This document shows positions 28,174-36,753 of a DNA stretch of 64,000 nt, piece after piece. Source of the stretch: Candidatus Thorarchaeota archaeon (GTDB lineage Archaea > Asgardarchaeota > Thorarchaeia > Thorarchaeales > Thorarchaeaceae); assembly GCA_048882045.1 (NCBI GenBank), contig JBHLRZ010000002.1:137986-201985 (forward strand), in the 5' to 3' direction. Every line of letters starts with the position of its first letter. Positions within the stretch are counted from its first letter, which is position 1. Position numbers and translations under genes: made by a program. The notes below the pieces were generated by a model. That model did not search any database and was not told the origin of the DNA. It saw nothing but the letters and a program-made list of their open reading frames with translations.

Positions 28174-29556
28174 ATGACACAGAAATTGTTTGGCACATCC
28201 GGAATTAGAGGCTCAATCATAGAGAAATCTACTCCTGATCTTGCTCTTGGACTTGGTAGAGCACTCGGATCTTTTCTTGATGGAAAAGGAACTGTAGGAG
28301 TAGGTACTGACGCTCGAACTTCACGAGAAGTACTAAGAAATGTCTTCGTCGGAGGAGTGCTCTCGACGGGAGTCCAAGTTGTAGACCTGGGGATAGCGCC
28401 AATGCCGACAGTCGCATACTTCAGCGCATTCGATGACATCTCCGTTTCAGTCATCATCACTGCAAGTCACAATCCGCCAACAGACAATGGTTTCAAGTTC
28501 TTCAGTAGCGGAAGAGAGTTCATTCGATCTGAGGAGGAATTCTTGGAGAACTCCGTCTTCAATAAGCAGTACCTTTCTGCACCATGGGATAAGATTGGTC
28601 AATTATCAAAACGGGACATCAAAATCGAATACCTCTCTAGCGTCAAGGAGTTCCTGTTGAAGAGAGGAGGTATCAGTTTGGGGACCAAAGTTCTCGTTGA
28701 TTTGGCAAATGGAGCAGCTACTGAATATACCCCGACACTTCTCTCAGATTTGGGATTCTCTGTCACAACAATGAACTCTCATCAAGACGGACATTTCCCT
28801 GGAAGGCTTCCTGAACCATCTCCAAGGAACTTGGGAGACGCTATGAAGATGGCTGCTGAGTCTGATTTTGCAGTGACTATGTGCCACGATGGTGATGGTG
28901 ATAGACTAGCTGTGATTGATGAGGAAGGAGAATTCATAGACCAGAACCGTGTCATTGCAGTCTTTGCTCGAGATGAGGTCGAGAGGAAAGGAGGCGGCGT
29001 GGTACTCACATCAATCGACACTTCCAGTGTAATAGATGAGATTGTCAATGCTGCAGGAGGATCAGTCGTACGTATGCCACTCGGGTCACTTCAGGAGTAT
29101 CTTGCTACAAAAGATTGCAAGGATGTCGTACTAGGTTCAGAGCCTTGGAAACCGATCTTCACTGACCTTGGATTGTGGATGGATGGTATAACTGGCGCTG
29201 GTCGATTTGCTCAACTGGTGGATGAGCTTGGTGATGGTAGCTGTATCAAGCTCATGAAAACGATACCAAAGTATCCCATTCTGAGGGACTTTGTTCCTTG
29301 TCCTGACAAAATTAAGCAGGCATTCTTACCACACGTGAAAGAGAAGCTTGTTCCAGCCATCAGTGGTGTTGAGAATGTCCTAGAAGTGGATGGAATAAGA
29401 ATCGATTACAAGGATGGATCGTATGTGTTGATCAGGGTTTCAGGAACAGAACCTAAAGCAAGACTGTATGTGGGAGCGAAGTCACAGCAAACTCTAGAAA
29501 AGACTGCTGACATTGCAAAGAAGATAATGGAACAAGCTCTGGACGAACTCAAGTGA
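28174..29556 (+). CDS. Alpha-D-phosphohexomutase superfamily enzyme, possibly phosphopentomutase
   Basis: LFGTSGIRG, TASHNP, DGDGDR, R.SGTEP; sugar-binding loop reads SEPWK. Confidence 0.85.
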   Translation: MTQKLFGTSGIRGSIIEKSTPDLALGLGRALGSFLDGKGTVGVGTDARTSREVLRNVFVGGVLSTGVQVVDLGIAPMPTVAYFSAFDDISVSVIITASHNPPTDNGFKFFSSGREFIRSEEEFLENSVFNKQYLSAPWDKIGQLSKRDIKIEYLSSVKEFLLKRGGISLGTKVLVDLANGAATEYTPTLLSDLGFSVTTMNSHQDGHFPGRLPEPSPRNLGDAMKMAAESDFAVTMCHDGDGDRLAVIDEEGEFIDQNRVIAVFARDEVERKGGGVVLTSIDTSSVIDEIVNAAGGSVVRMPLGSLQEYLATKDCKDVVLGSEPWKPIFTDLGLWMDGITGAGRFAQLVDELGDGSCIKLMKTIPKYPILRDFVPCPDKIKQAFLPHVKEKLVPAISGVENVLEVDGIRIDYKDGSYVLIRVSGTEPKARLYVGAKSQQTLEKTADIAKKIMEQALDELK

Positions 29557-29557
29557 G

Positions 29558-30175
29558 TTGACTGTCTTGACTATAATCCAAATTCTAGCTATCTGTGGAA
29601 TGGTTAGCCCAATCATATACACAATAATGTGGATCCTTGGGGGAATACTTGATCCAGAATATAGTCATGTAAGACAGGATGTCAGCTCTCTAATTGCAGT
29701 CAAAGCACCTAACAAGAAGCTTCTTGACAAATTCATCATCACATCCAGTATTCTCTTGTTGATTTTCTATCTTGGGTTGTTTTGGGGAATAAACAATGGA
29801 ACTGGTTCAATCATTGGTCCTATCCTGTTTACAATCAGTGGACTCCTAGGGGTTCTTGTGGCTCTCTTCTTCCCCCTTGATACAGGTGGTGAAATGGTTA
29901 CAACGCGTGGGAAACTACATCTGATTCTCATTTCACTATCAGGAATATTGACAATTGCAGGTATGCTTGCTCTTTGGTTTGATTTAGCTGTTGACACTGT
30001 TTGGGGTACCTTTGCTACTTTTTCTCTGATTTCAGCAATATTGTCCCTCATCCTTGTGATAGCTACTTCATTTGCTACCAAAACCAATTACCTTGGATTG
30101 ATAGAGAGGTTGATGGTCAGCACCTACCAAATCTACTACTTTGTATTTGCTCTGATGGTATTTCTGACTAACTAG
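29558..30175 (+). CDS. DUF998-family membrane protein
   Basis: PEYSH..Q.VS.L...AP, FP.D, LH, GL.ERL. Confidence 0.8.
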   Translation: MTVLTIIQILAICGMVSPIIYTIMWILGGILDPEYSHVRQDVSSLIAVKAPNKKLLDKFIITSSILLLIFYLGLFWGINNGTGSIIGPILFTISGLLGVLVALFFPLDTGGEMVTTRGKLHLILISLSGILTIAGMLALWFDLAVDTVWGTFATFSLISAILSLILVIATSFATKTNYLGLIERLMVSTYQIYYFVFALMVFLTN

Positions 30176-31442
30176 GGACACCCATTCCTGCGTACTCAAG
30201 CCAACTCTCCATCAACTGTCTAGACTTCTTCCCAAACTTCTCTTGAATCAGATTAAGAAACGTGTCTGATGTGATAGAGTCGCTCTGTATGCAAGTTCTA
30301 GCAAACTCTCCTATACCTTCTCTGAACTCTGTTATTCCCACAGATTCAGAAACCTCATGCAACAGAAGAAATCCTCTGAAATAGAAAGCTGCATGGGATT
30401 CCTCCTGTTCTCGAACAAGTTCTCTGATTGCAGGCAAATCTCCTGCTTTCTCAAGCTGCTCTCTCACCTTAGCGGTATGGGATGAGAGAAAATCTTCTCT
30501 GACATAATCATTGACAATGTGTATTGAGCAGAACTCTGCCAAGGCCTCGTCAACCCAGTTGTCGTAGGTCAATGGTGATGTTCTATTAAACCACTCATGA
30601 CATATCTCATGACAAATGGCTTGTAGAACTGCATTGTGTGAGCTCGATGTTGTCGGATAGCCCCCTCCAACCACAACCATTCCTGATCTGGTGTATGCCC
30701 CTCCCTGTTGCCGTGGAGTTATCACAAATTTCAACGGAATGTTTGTGCTTGGTGGGCCTAGCCATTCTTCCAACAATCTCCTCATTTCGTAGATGTGTCT
30801 GTCAAACCTCTTCTGTGACGACACCATGCTCTTGGGTCCCCAGAAGAAGCTGTCAGAATCGATTTGTGTATCTCTGATTGGTAATCCCACGAGTGTGATA
30901 TCATTTGCTTGGCGGGTCTGATTCCATGTCCAAACAGAGTGCTTCTTGGATGGTTCGGTACCTACTTTTTTCCCATTTGCTATCCATGTCCAGTCGGAAG
31001 GACTGTTCAGAGTAACATTGTAAGACATGTAGGTTTCCATGCTAAGTGGTACTGGGTACCAGGCACTATAACAGGCCAATTCGACAAAATCTCTCTTGAT
31101 GTACCCCATTGTTGGCATTCCAGTGTTATTTTTCGGCGGATGTATCTGCCCAGAATATTCGAACTGAATCACCATGTCCTGGTCCCTTTCAATTTCTGAG
31201 TCTGCTTCGAACGCCCATAGATCTCCATTGTAGAACCGAGGGATCTTCATCTCATCTGTTTGATACAGTTTCACAGGACTACTCATTTCTATGATACGTT
31301 GTGGAACACCTTTCCATTTTAGTCCACGATTCAATACGAAGAGGAACTTTTTTTGTGGCTCCGAAATTCGGACTTCGCCTCTCACTCCGAGCATTCCCTT
31401 TCTAGGATCAATCCTACAGTTGAGAATGTAGTGAGCACACAT
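30168..31442 (-). CDS. M1-like (gluzincin) zinc aminopeptidase
   Basis: WYP, HEICHEWF..W.DEALAEF, Y.RG.LLL. Confidence 0.82.
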   Translation of the reverse strand: MCAHYILNCRIDPRKGMLGVRGEVRISEPQKKFLFVLNRGLKWKGVPQRIIEMSSPVKLYQTDEMKIPRFYNGDLWAFEADSEIERDQDMVIQFEYSGQIHPPKNNTGMPTMGYIKRDFVELACYSAWYPVPLSMETYMSYNVTLNSPSDWTWIANGKKVGTEPSKKHSVWTWNQTRQANDITLVGLPIRDTQIDSDSFFWGPKSMVSSQKRFDRHIYEMRRLLEEWLGPPSTNIPLKFVITPRQQGGAYTRSGMVVVGGGYPTTSSSHNAVLQAICHEICHEWFNRTSPLTYDNWVDEALAEFCSIHIVNDYVREDFLSSHTAKVREQLEKAGDLPAIRELVREQEESHAAFYFRGFLLLHEVSESVGITEFREGIGEFARTCIQSDSITSDTFLNLIQEKFGKKSRQLMESWLEYAGMGVPS

Positions 31443-31561
31443 TTTGTTTCACTTGAAGAATGAGCATCTATCCACCTTTTGAATTGATTGAGCGTTTCGT
31501 CATGGAACTAAAAATCAGCTTGTATAAAGAGTTAAAATGAAGGAATTCATCAACACTTGGC

Positions 31562-32833
31562 ATGAAAGAAGTGTGGTTGGTTGACTATGTTCGTACTCCA
31601 TTTTCACGTTCACGTCCCAATAAACCAGAAACTGACGTATTTGGTGAGATTAGGGGTGACGAGCTCTTAGCTCGACTACTAATGAAATTCTTCGATGGAT
31701 CATTGGCTGAAAAAGGAATTGAAAAGAAAGATATTGATGAGGTCACAGTAGGTGTGGCTTCTGGTGTCCTTGAGAACTGGACATATGGGGGAAAAATCCC
31801 CACTTTCCTGTCTGGGTTTCCATATGATGTACCATCAATGTTCATTGACCGCCAGTGTGGGTCAGCAGGTTCAGGAATGCACATTGGCATCATGGAAATC
31901 ATGACTGGGTTCAGTACAACCGTGCTGTCCACTGGTTTCGAGCACATGACTCGAGTGAGGGGAACCGGAATCGATCCAAATTTCTCCATGGCTGATAAAA
32001 ACTCGGAGTTTTACAGACCCGGCTTTGATGCAGCTACAGTGTTCAACATGTTACAAACTGCCCAGAAATTGTACGAGGAAGAGGTCCCCACATTTACCAA
32101 GGAGGACATGGACAAGTTCGGTGTGAGAAGTCATAATTTGACCATCAAGAACCAAGAGAATGGATGGTTCAAAGGTGAAATAATCCCCATGGAGGGACAT
32201 GCACCTGATAATGTTGACGAACCTATGATGATTGACAGAGACCTGAGTGCCCGACCATCGACCCTTGAGAAGGTTTCAACTCTTCCTAGGGTTTCAACAC
32301 CGTTCTTCTTGGAGAAGAATGGGGGAAAAGAGGGTTACATCAAACGCGAGGGTACAGATGAGGGTGTAATCACTCCAGGCAACGCCTCTCCGTTAAATGC
32401 AGGTGCAACTGCTGCTGTTCTAATGGAGGCTGAGGAGGCCAAAAAGAGGGGCATAGAACCCATGGCAAAAATTGTTTCCATGGGGTGGGCAGGAGTTGAT
32501 CCGACTGTCATGGGCCGTGGACCCGTTCCTGCGACCATCAAGGCTCTCAAGTATGCTGGATTAAGTGTTGAGGATATTGACTTCTGGGAAATCAATGAGG
32601 CATTCTGCATTGTCGCACTCAACTGCATGGACAAACTGAAGATTCCCGAAGAGAAGGTAAATGTCAACGGTGGTTCTACTGCCATTGGACATCCTCTAGG
32701 TTCGACCATGATCAGGTTGACTGGAACACTGGCAAGAATTCTCAAAGACAACAAGGCAAAGTATGGTGTTGCCAATGCGTGTGTTGGCGGTGGACAGGGT
32801 GTTGCCACCGTTATTGAGAATCTTGATGCATAA
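31562..32833 (+). CDS. Acetyl-CoA C-acyltransferase (thiolase)
   Basis: RTPF, QCGS, TPGNAS, EINEAF, GHPLG, CVGGGQG. Confidence 0.95.
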   Translation: MKEVWLVDYVRTPFSRSRPNKPETDVFGEIRGDELLARLLMKFFDGSLAEKGIEKKDIDEVTVGVASGVLENWTYGGKIPTFLSGFPYDVPSMFIDRQCGSAGSGMHIGIMEIMTGFSTTVLSTGFEHMTRVRGTGIDPNFSMADKNSEFYRPGFDAATVFNMLQTAQKLYEEEVPTFTKEDMDKFGVRSHNLTIKNQENGWFKGEIIPMEGHAPDNVDEPMMIDRDLSARPSTLEKVSTLPRVSTPFFLEKNGGKEGYIKREGTDEGVITPGNASPLNAGATAAVLMEAEEAKKRGIEPMAKIVSMGWAGVDPTVMGRGPVPATIKALKYAGLSVEDIDFWEINEAFCIVALNCMDKLKIPEEKVNVNGGSTAIGHPLGSTMIRLTGTLARILKDNKAKYGVANACVGGGQGVATVIENLDA

Positions 32834-32882
32834 TATAGTCTTCAAAGAATTTCACAAGAATGAGGGTACTAGGGAGCAGATC

Positions 32883-33668
32883 CTAGCTGATTCTGTATCT
32901 TGCCACTTCAGGATGATCTAGAAACTCCCAACTACCATTAACTCCTTCAACAAGAGCACCCAACTCAACATGCAGCATCGCAATACCACAATCAAGCTCT
33001 CTTGAAACCCGAAAATTTCTCCTTGTACTATCGGTTGATACAGTAATCGAGTCCGCATTGACTGAGAATCTCCACGGTTGTCTATTTCCGGCAGAGGGTG
33101 CAATCCTAGCCGCTTCTAATGCAGTCTTAGCCCAATCACTACTCACTTCACCCGCTATAATGAACTTACTTAGATCCTTTCGTCTATACTGTTTTGAAGA
33201 CACGCCTACTCTGTCAGTGTCATCCTTCGAATATCCAATTGGTGTGATACCAAGAACCTTCTCACTGCTTATCAGATTGATTTGTTTAGCAACTTCTTCA
33301 GGTCTATAGAAACCTCCTACCCAACAAGTATTCAAGCCAAGAGCAGTGGCTTCAAGAATTACTCCTTCTCCAAGATATCCTGTAACTGCCTGAACATTAG
33401 GCACCTCCATATCACCAATGAATGCGATATAGTACGGTGTTTCTGTCACTTTGTAGAAGAACTCACTCACTGCGCCTTTGAACACTCTTTCTCTTGGATT
33501 TCTAACCAGAACAGCTTTGGCTCCGGAATATGGTCTGAATTTGTTACAGATTTCTTCAATTCTAGAGGTCACATCATCACTTGGAACTTCGCCAGAATAC
33601 TTTCTCTGTGAATGTCGAAGGAAAATTGCTTTGTACCAGGAATCTATAGGAATGTCCAAGATTGTCAC
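32883..33668 (-). CDS. Nitroreductase-family protein (two-domain)
   Basis: RHSQRKY, LEATALGLNTCWVGG, APSAGNRQPWRF, LDCGIAMLH. Confidence 0.88.
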   Translation of the reverse strand: MTILDIPIDSWYKAIFLRHSQRKYSGEVPSDDVTSRIEEICNKFRPYSGAKAVLVRNPRERVFKGAVSEFFYKVTETPYYIAFIGDMEVPNVQAVTGYLGEGVILEATALGLNTCWVGGFYRPEEVAKQINLISSEKVLGITPIGYSKDDTDRVGVSSKQYRRKDLSKFIIAGEVSSDWAKTALEAARIAPSAGNRQPWRFSVNADSITVSTDSTRRNFRVSRELDCGIAMLHVELGALVEGVNGSWEFLDHPEVARYRIS

Positions 33669-33726
33669 ACCATCTGATTAGAACAACTATCAAAATGAGA
33701 TTAGTGTCTTCTTCTTTGACAATAAA

Positions 33727-33748
33727 TGGCGCAGGGGATTAGATTTGA
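33727..33748 (-). repeat. Decayed copy of tRNA-Ser 3' end (att-like)
   Basis: Minus strand TCAAATCTAATCCCCTGCGCCA vs tRNA TCAAATCTCATCCTCGGCGCCA, 19/22. Confidence 0.65.
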
Positions 33749-33883
33749 CTTATATGATGGTTCCAACCCTCAAAGAATGTTTTTAATTTGTTAAACTAGC
33801 TCGTGATCACTCATTCAATTTATGCACACATATGTTCCCAGAACTATAGGACTGAGCGCATCATTCATGATCTTAGGGTTTCA

Positions 33884-34408
33884 CTATTCTTTGTCGGGAT
33901 TAGGGTTGCCCTGTTCACTTTGAACTGGAGAATGGTATCCAAGCTTTTTGAGAGTTTTATATAGAAACTTGCTGGAGTCGAGTGATTCTGATGATCTCCA
34001 ACGCTTTGCGAAATCTGCCTGAATAGGTTCAATCTTCTCCCACCATGCCATTGTCATTACTGCCATCGCTTCAGGTATTAGTTCTGCATCAGTAATCTTG
34101 TCTTCAATCAGCTTTCCCATCGAGTCAAAAAAGGAGCTAACATGAATGAACTTTGCCCAATTCTTCGAATTTCCAGTTGGTCCATATTTTGCCATGAACT
34201 GTTCAAAGTTGCTCCAGTTCCACTCCCCAACTACTTCGAACATATCCTCAAGGAACTTTTGGTCCGCCTGTTTATGAAAATCCAGGAATATAGATGCGCG
34301 TCTTGACTTCGCTAAATTTCTAATAGAAAGTACACTCATGATCACTCCTATCACGACGCTCATTGCGGCTAGTATTATCGAAACAGTTTGTACATCTAAC
34401 TCCTGCAT
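33884..34408 (-). CDS. DUF4760-like protein with N-terminal TM helix
   Basis: TM helix then RRA..F, F..KYG, FFD.MG.L......D; start ATG 34408. Confidence 0.7.
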   Translation of the reverse strand: MQELDVQTVSIILAAMSVVIGVIMSVLSIRNLAKSRRASIFLDFHKQADQKFLEDMFEVVGEWNWSNFEQFMAKYGPTGNSKNWAKFIHVSSFFDSMGKLIEDKITDAELIPEAMAVMTMAWWEKIEPIQADFAKRWRSSESLDSSKFLYKTLKKLGYHSPVQSEQGNPNPDKE

Positions 34409-34513
34409 GAGTATCGCCCCGAATCTCTTGTTTAATTTCACAGGACGATTCTCCCATATAAAAGACCTATCCAATTTTTGAGCCGATTGCGATATTCTCG
34501 AGCAATTTGAAAA

Positions 34514-34537
34514 TGGTGCCGAGGATGAGATTAGAAC
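34514..34537 (-). repeat. Copy of tRNA-Ser 3' end (att-like)
   Basis: Minus strand GTTCTAATCTCATCCTCGGCACCA vs spliced tRNA GTTCAAATCTCATCCTCGGCGCCA, 22/24. Confidence 0.8.
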
Positions 34538-34596
34538 AAAGCCATCATCCGAATTCAAGATAAAATTCATAATCAAGATTAATCAAGTTGAGAACC

Positions 34597-35154
34597 ATGG
34601 ATTTTTGGACTGGATTAATTGCTTGTTTTGATGAGGAATCAGTCTGCAGGTTGAAGGAATTATGGAGAATTTTGACAAATTCTCCAGATTTACATGGTCA
34701 AATATATGAGCGAGTACCACCCCACATAACATTGTTTGAACATGAAGAAATAAGAAAACAAGAATTCTATGATGCATTAGAATCCGCTATTTCGAAATAC
34801 AACTCCTTTTCACTGAAATTTACTGGTTTAACTACGTTTCCTGCTACCCATGTTTTCTATCTTAATCCAGAATATTCTAACAATCTTCATTCTTTAAGAA
34901 AACTCTGCCTCGAAATATTAGAAGATCAAGGAGTAATTTTGAATCGAAAGCCCGATAGTACGTGGAATCCACACTTGACTCTTCTATTAGACCTCCCAAC
35001 TCAAGAAATATCCAAAGCAGTTGAGATTTCCCAAAATTATCTTGATTTACAGATTACAAAGCCTTTTGTCGTAAAGATATCCCATATCGAATTATTCTCT
35101 TACCCTCCCTATAAAGCTGAAAAGAAGTTCTTTCTACACAAAGCAGCTGAGTAA
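34597..35154 (+). CDS. 2H phosphoesterase (2'-5' RNA ligase superfamily)
   Basis: Two HxT motifs, PPHITLF and NPHLTL; visibly more AT-rich than the flanks. Confidence 0.85.
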   Translation: MDFWTGLIACFDEESVCRLKELWRILTNSPDLHGQIYERVPPHITLFEHEEIRKQEFYDALESAISKYNSFSLKFTGLTTFPATHVFYLNPEYSNNLHSLRKLCLEILEDQGVILNRKPDSTWNPHLTLLLDLPTQEISKAVEISQNYLDLQITKPFVVKISHIELFSYPPYKAEKKFFLHKAAE

Positions 35155-35168
35155 TTGGAGAAGTAAAA

Positions 35169-35317
35169 TGGCGCCGAGGATGAGATTTGCTCAATCTCGT
35201 CGGATTGACGAAACTCTTGAACTCATGCGTGCGAACACACCGGTTGGCTTGGCCTTTGGCTTCCGAAGAAACCGGTTTTCAAGACCGGCGCCGTAATCCG
35301 GGCTTGGCTACCTCGGC
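35169..35317 (-). tRNA. tRNA-Ser(TGA) with two introns (37/38: 35246-35277; 58/59: 35187-35216), CCA encoded
   Basis: GCCGAGG/CCTCGGC acceptor, CCGGT-CTTGAAA-ACCGG anticodon arm, GTG-TTCG-CAC variable arm, G73; both introns form bulge-helix-bulge motifs. Confidence 0.92.
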
Positions 35318-35388
35318 TCAGCATTGCCACCGTTGGAAATGCCTTTTAAGCTTCTTGTCGTGGTTGGCCAAGAAGGTGACCCAAATCC

Positions 35389-35820
35389 TTGGAGCGCGGT
35401 TTCAACTATCACGAACATACAGCCGACATCACAATAGAATGTTGGGCTCCTGACCTCATCGGGGCTTTTGAACAGGCAGCTCTGGCAACATTTGAGGTCA
35501 TTCTTGACACCTCTACTGTGAAACCTAGTGAAACCGTTGAAATCGAGATAACTGCGACAGACCTTGAGGAGCTATTGGTGGAATGGATCGGTGAGTTGAT
35601 CGCACTGATTGACATCAAGGGACAATTCTACTCCAAATTCTCAGTGGACCATATCGAAGCCACAACAAACGGCTACATACTGGAAGGTCGAGTTCTTGGT
35701 GAAACAATTGACCACGACAAGCATGATACCCGAACAGAGGTCAAAGCCATGACGTATGCAGACTTGAGAATTCTTGAAGAACCAAATCGAACAATCTTAT
35801 GGTTCACACTTGACCTTTAG
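35389..35820 (+). CDS. Archease
   Basis: EHTADI, AFEQAA, LEELLVEW..EL, EVKAMTY, LDL C-terminus. Confidence 0.93.
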   Translation: MERGFNYHEHTADITIECWAPDLIGAFEQAALATFEVILDTSTVKPSETVEIEITATDLEELLVEWIGELIALIDIKGQFYSKFSVDHIEATTNGYILEGRVLGETIDHDKHDTRTEVKAMTYADLRILEEPNRTILWFTLDL

Positions 35821-35832
35821 GAGGACTAAAAA

Positions 35833-36690
35833 TTGACGCTGAGAGTTGCCATTCCTGATACTACCCTGACAGACTGCTCTGACCTACGTCAGAAGACTGT
35901 GAAATCCGGATCGATTGCCAGGGCTCTAGCCATATTTCGGGTCAATCATGTCTTTATCTATGAAACCGGGACCCTGACTGGTAATAAGACACGGGATGCA
36001 GATTTGCTGATGAAGCTGCTCAGGTTCATGGACACACCACAGTATCTTCGAAAAAAGATATTCCCGAAATCTCCATCTCTAAAGTATGCAGGCATCCTTC
36101 CGCCTCTTAGGACAAAGAGTCATCCATTAGAACAGATGAAGTCTGATCTACATGAGGGAGTCGTGAGATGGGGGGTACAGGTCAGGCCAGGAAAGGTCGA
36201 CCTTGGTCTCGATAAGCTAATCGACTATCCCCAGACCATCAGCGAACGAGACCCCACATTGTTCCGTGTGAAGAAGGCTTCGCCCAAAATCATCCTAGAG
36301 ATAATCGATCGCGAGGATGTTGAAGAGTACTGGGGTTTCTCTGTTGAAAGGATTCGAGAACTACGTCTTCTGCTTGAGGCGGAAGACGATTCCACCAGGA
36401 TTGGGTTCTCAAGAAAAGCGCCTCACTTTAATAGACTTGAAACTGATCTGAAATCAACCATTGCGGGGACACAATCAGTTCTGGCTATCTTTGGTGGTCC
36501 CGGACATGGCATTCTCGAAGTCTTTGAAGAGGAACGTGAAACCATCAAGTCAAACATTGACTTCTGGGTTAATACAATCCCTCATCAGGGTACTGAAACT
36601 GTTCGCCTTGATGAGGCACTATTCGTGAGTCTTGGAGTATTGAACAGTTCTCTGGGGCAGATGATGACGAAACCAGGTTTTCATGATTGA
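35833..36690 (+). CDS. SPOUT RNA methyltransferase (C9orf114/MTH1-like)
   Basis: VAIP, IARA.AIFRV, TPQYLRK, LKYAG.LPPLRT, YWG, FGGP..G, NTIP.QGT.TVR..EA. Confidence 0.9.
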   Translation: MTLRVAIPDTTLTDCSDLRQKTVKSGSIARALAIFRVNHVFIYETGTLTGNKTRDADLLMKLLRFMDTPQYLRKKIFPKSPSLKYAGILPPLRTKSHPLEQMKSDLHEGVVRWGVQVRPGKVDLGLDKLIDYPQTISERDPTLFRVKKASPKIILEIIDREDVEEYWGFSVERIRELRLLLEAEDDSTRIGFSRKAPHFNRLETDLKSTIAGTQSVLAIFGGPGHGILEVFEEERETIKSNIDFWVNTIPHQGTETVRLDEALFVSLGVLNSSLGQMMTKPGFHD

Positions 36691-36753
36691 TACATACGTG
36701 ACCTTTAAAGAAGAAATTGCCATGGTTTTTACAATCGTTCATGAGGTTTCAAG

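Noticed and set aside
35187-35453. ORFs over tRNA loci (also 54122-54358, 54278-54514, 55083-55481)
   Set aside because: They overlap well-formed tRNA genes or real genes on the other strand.
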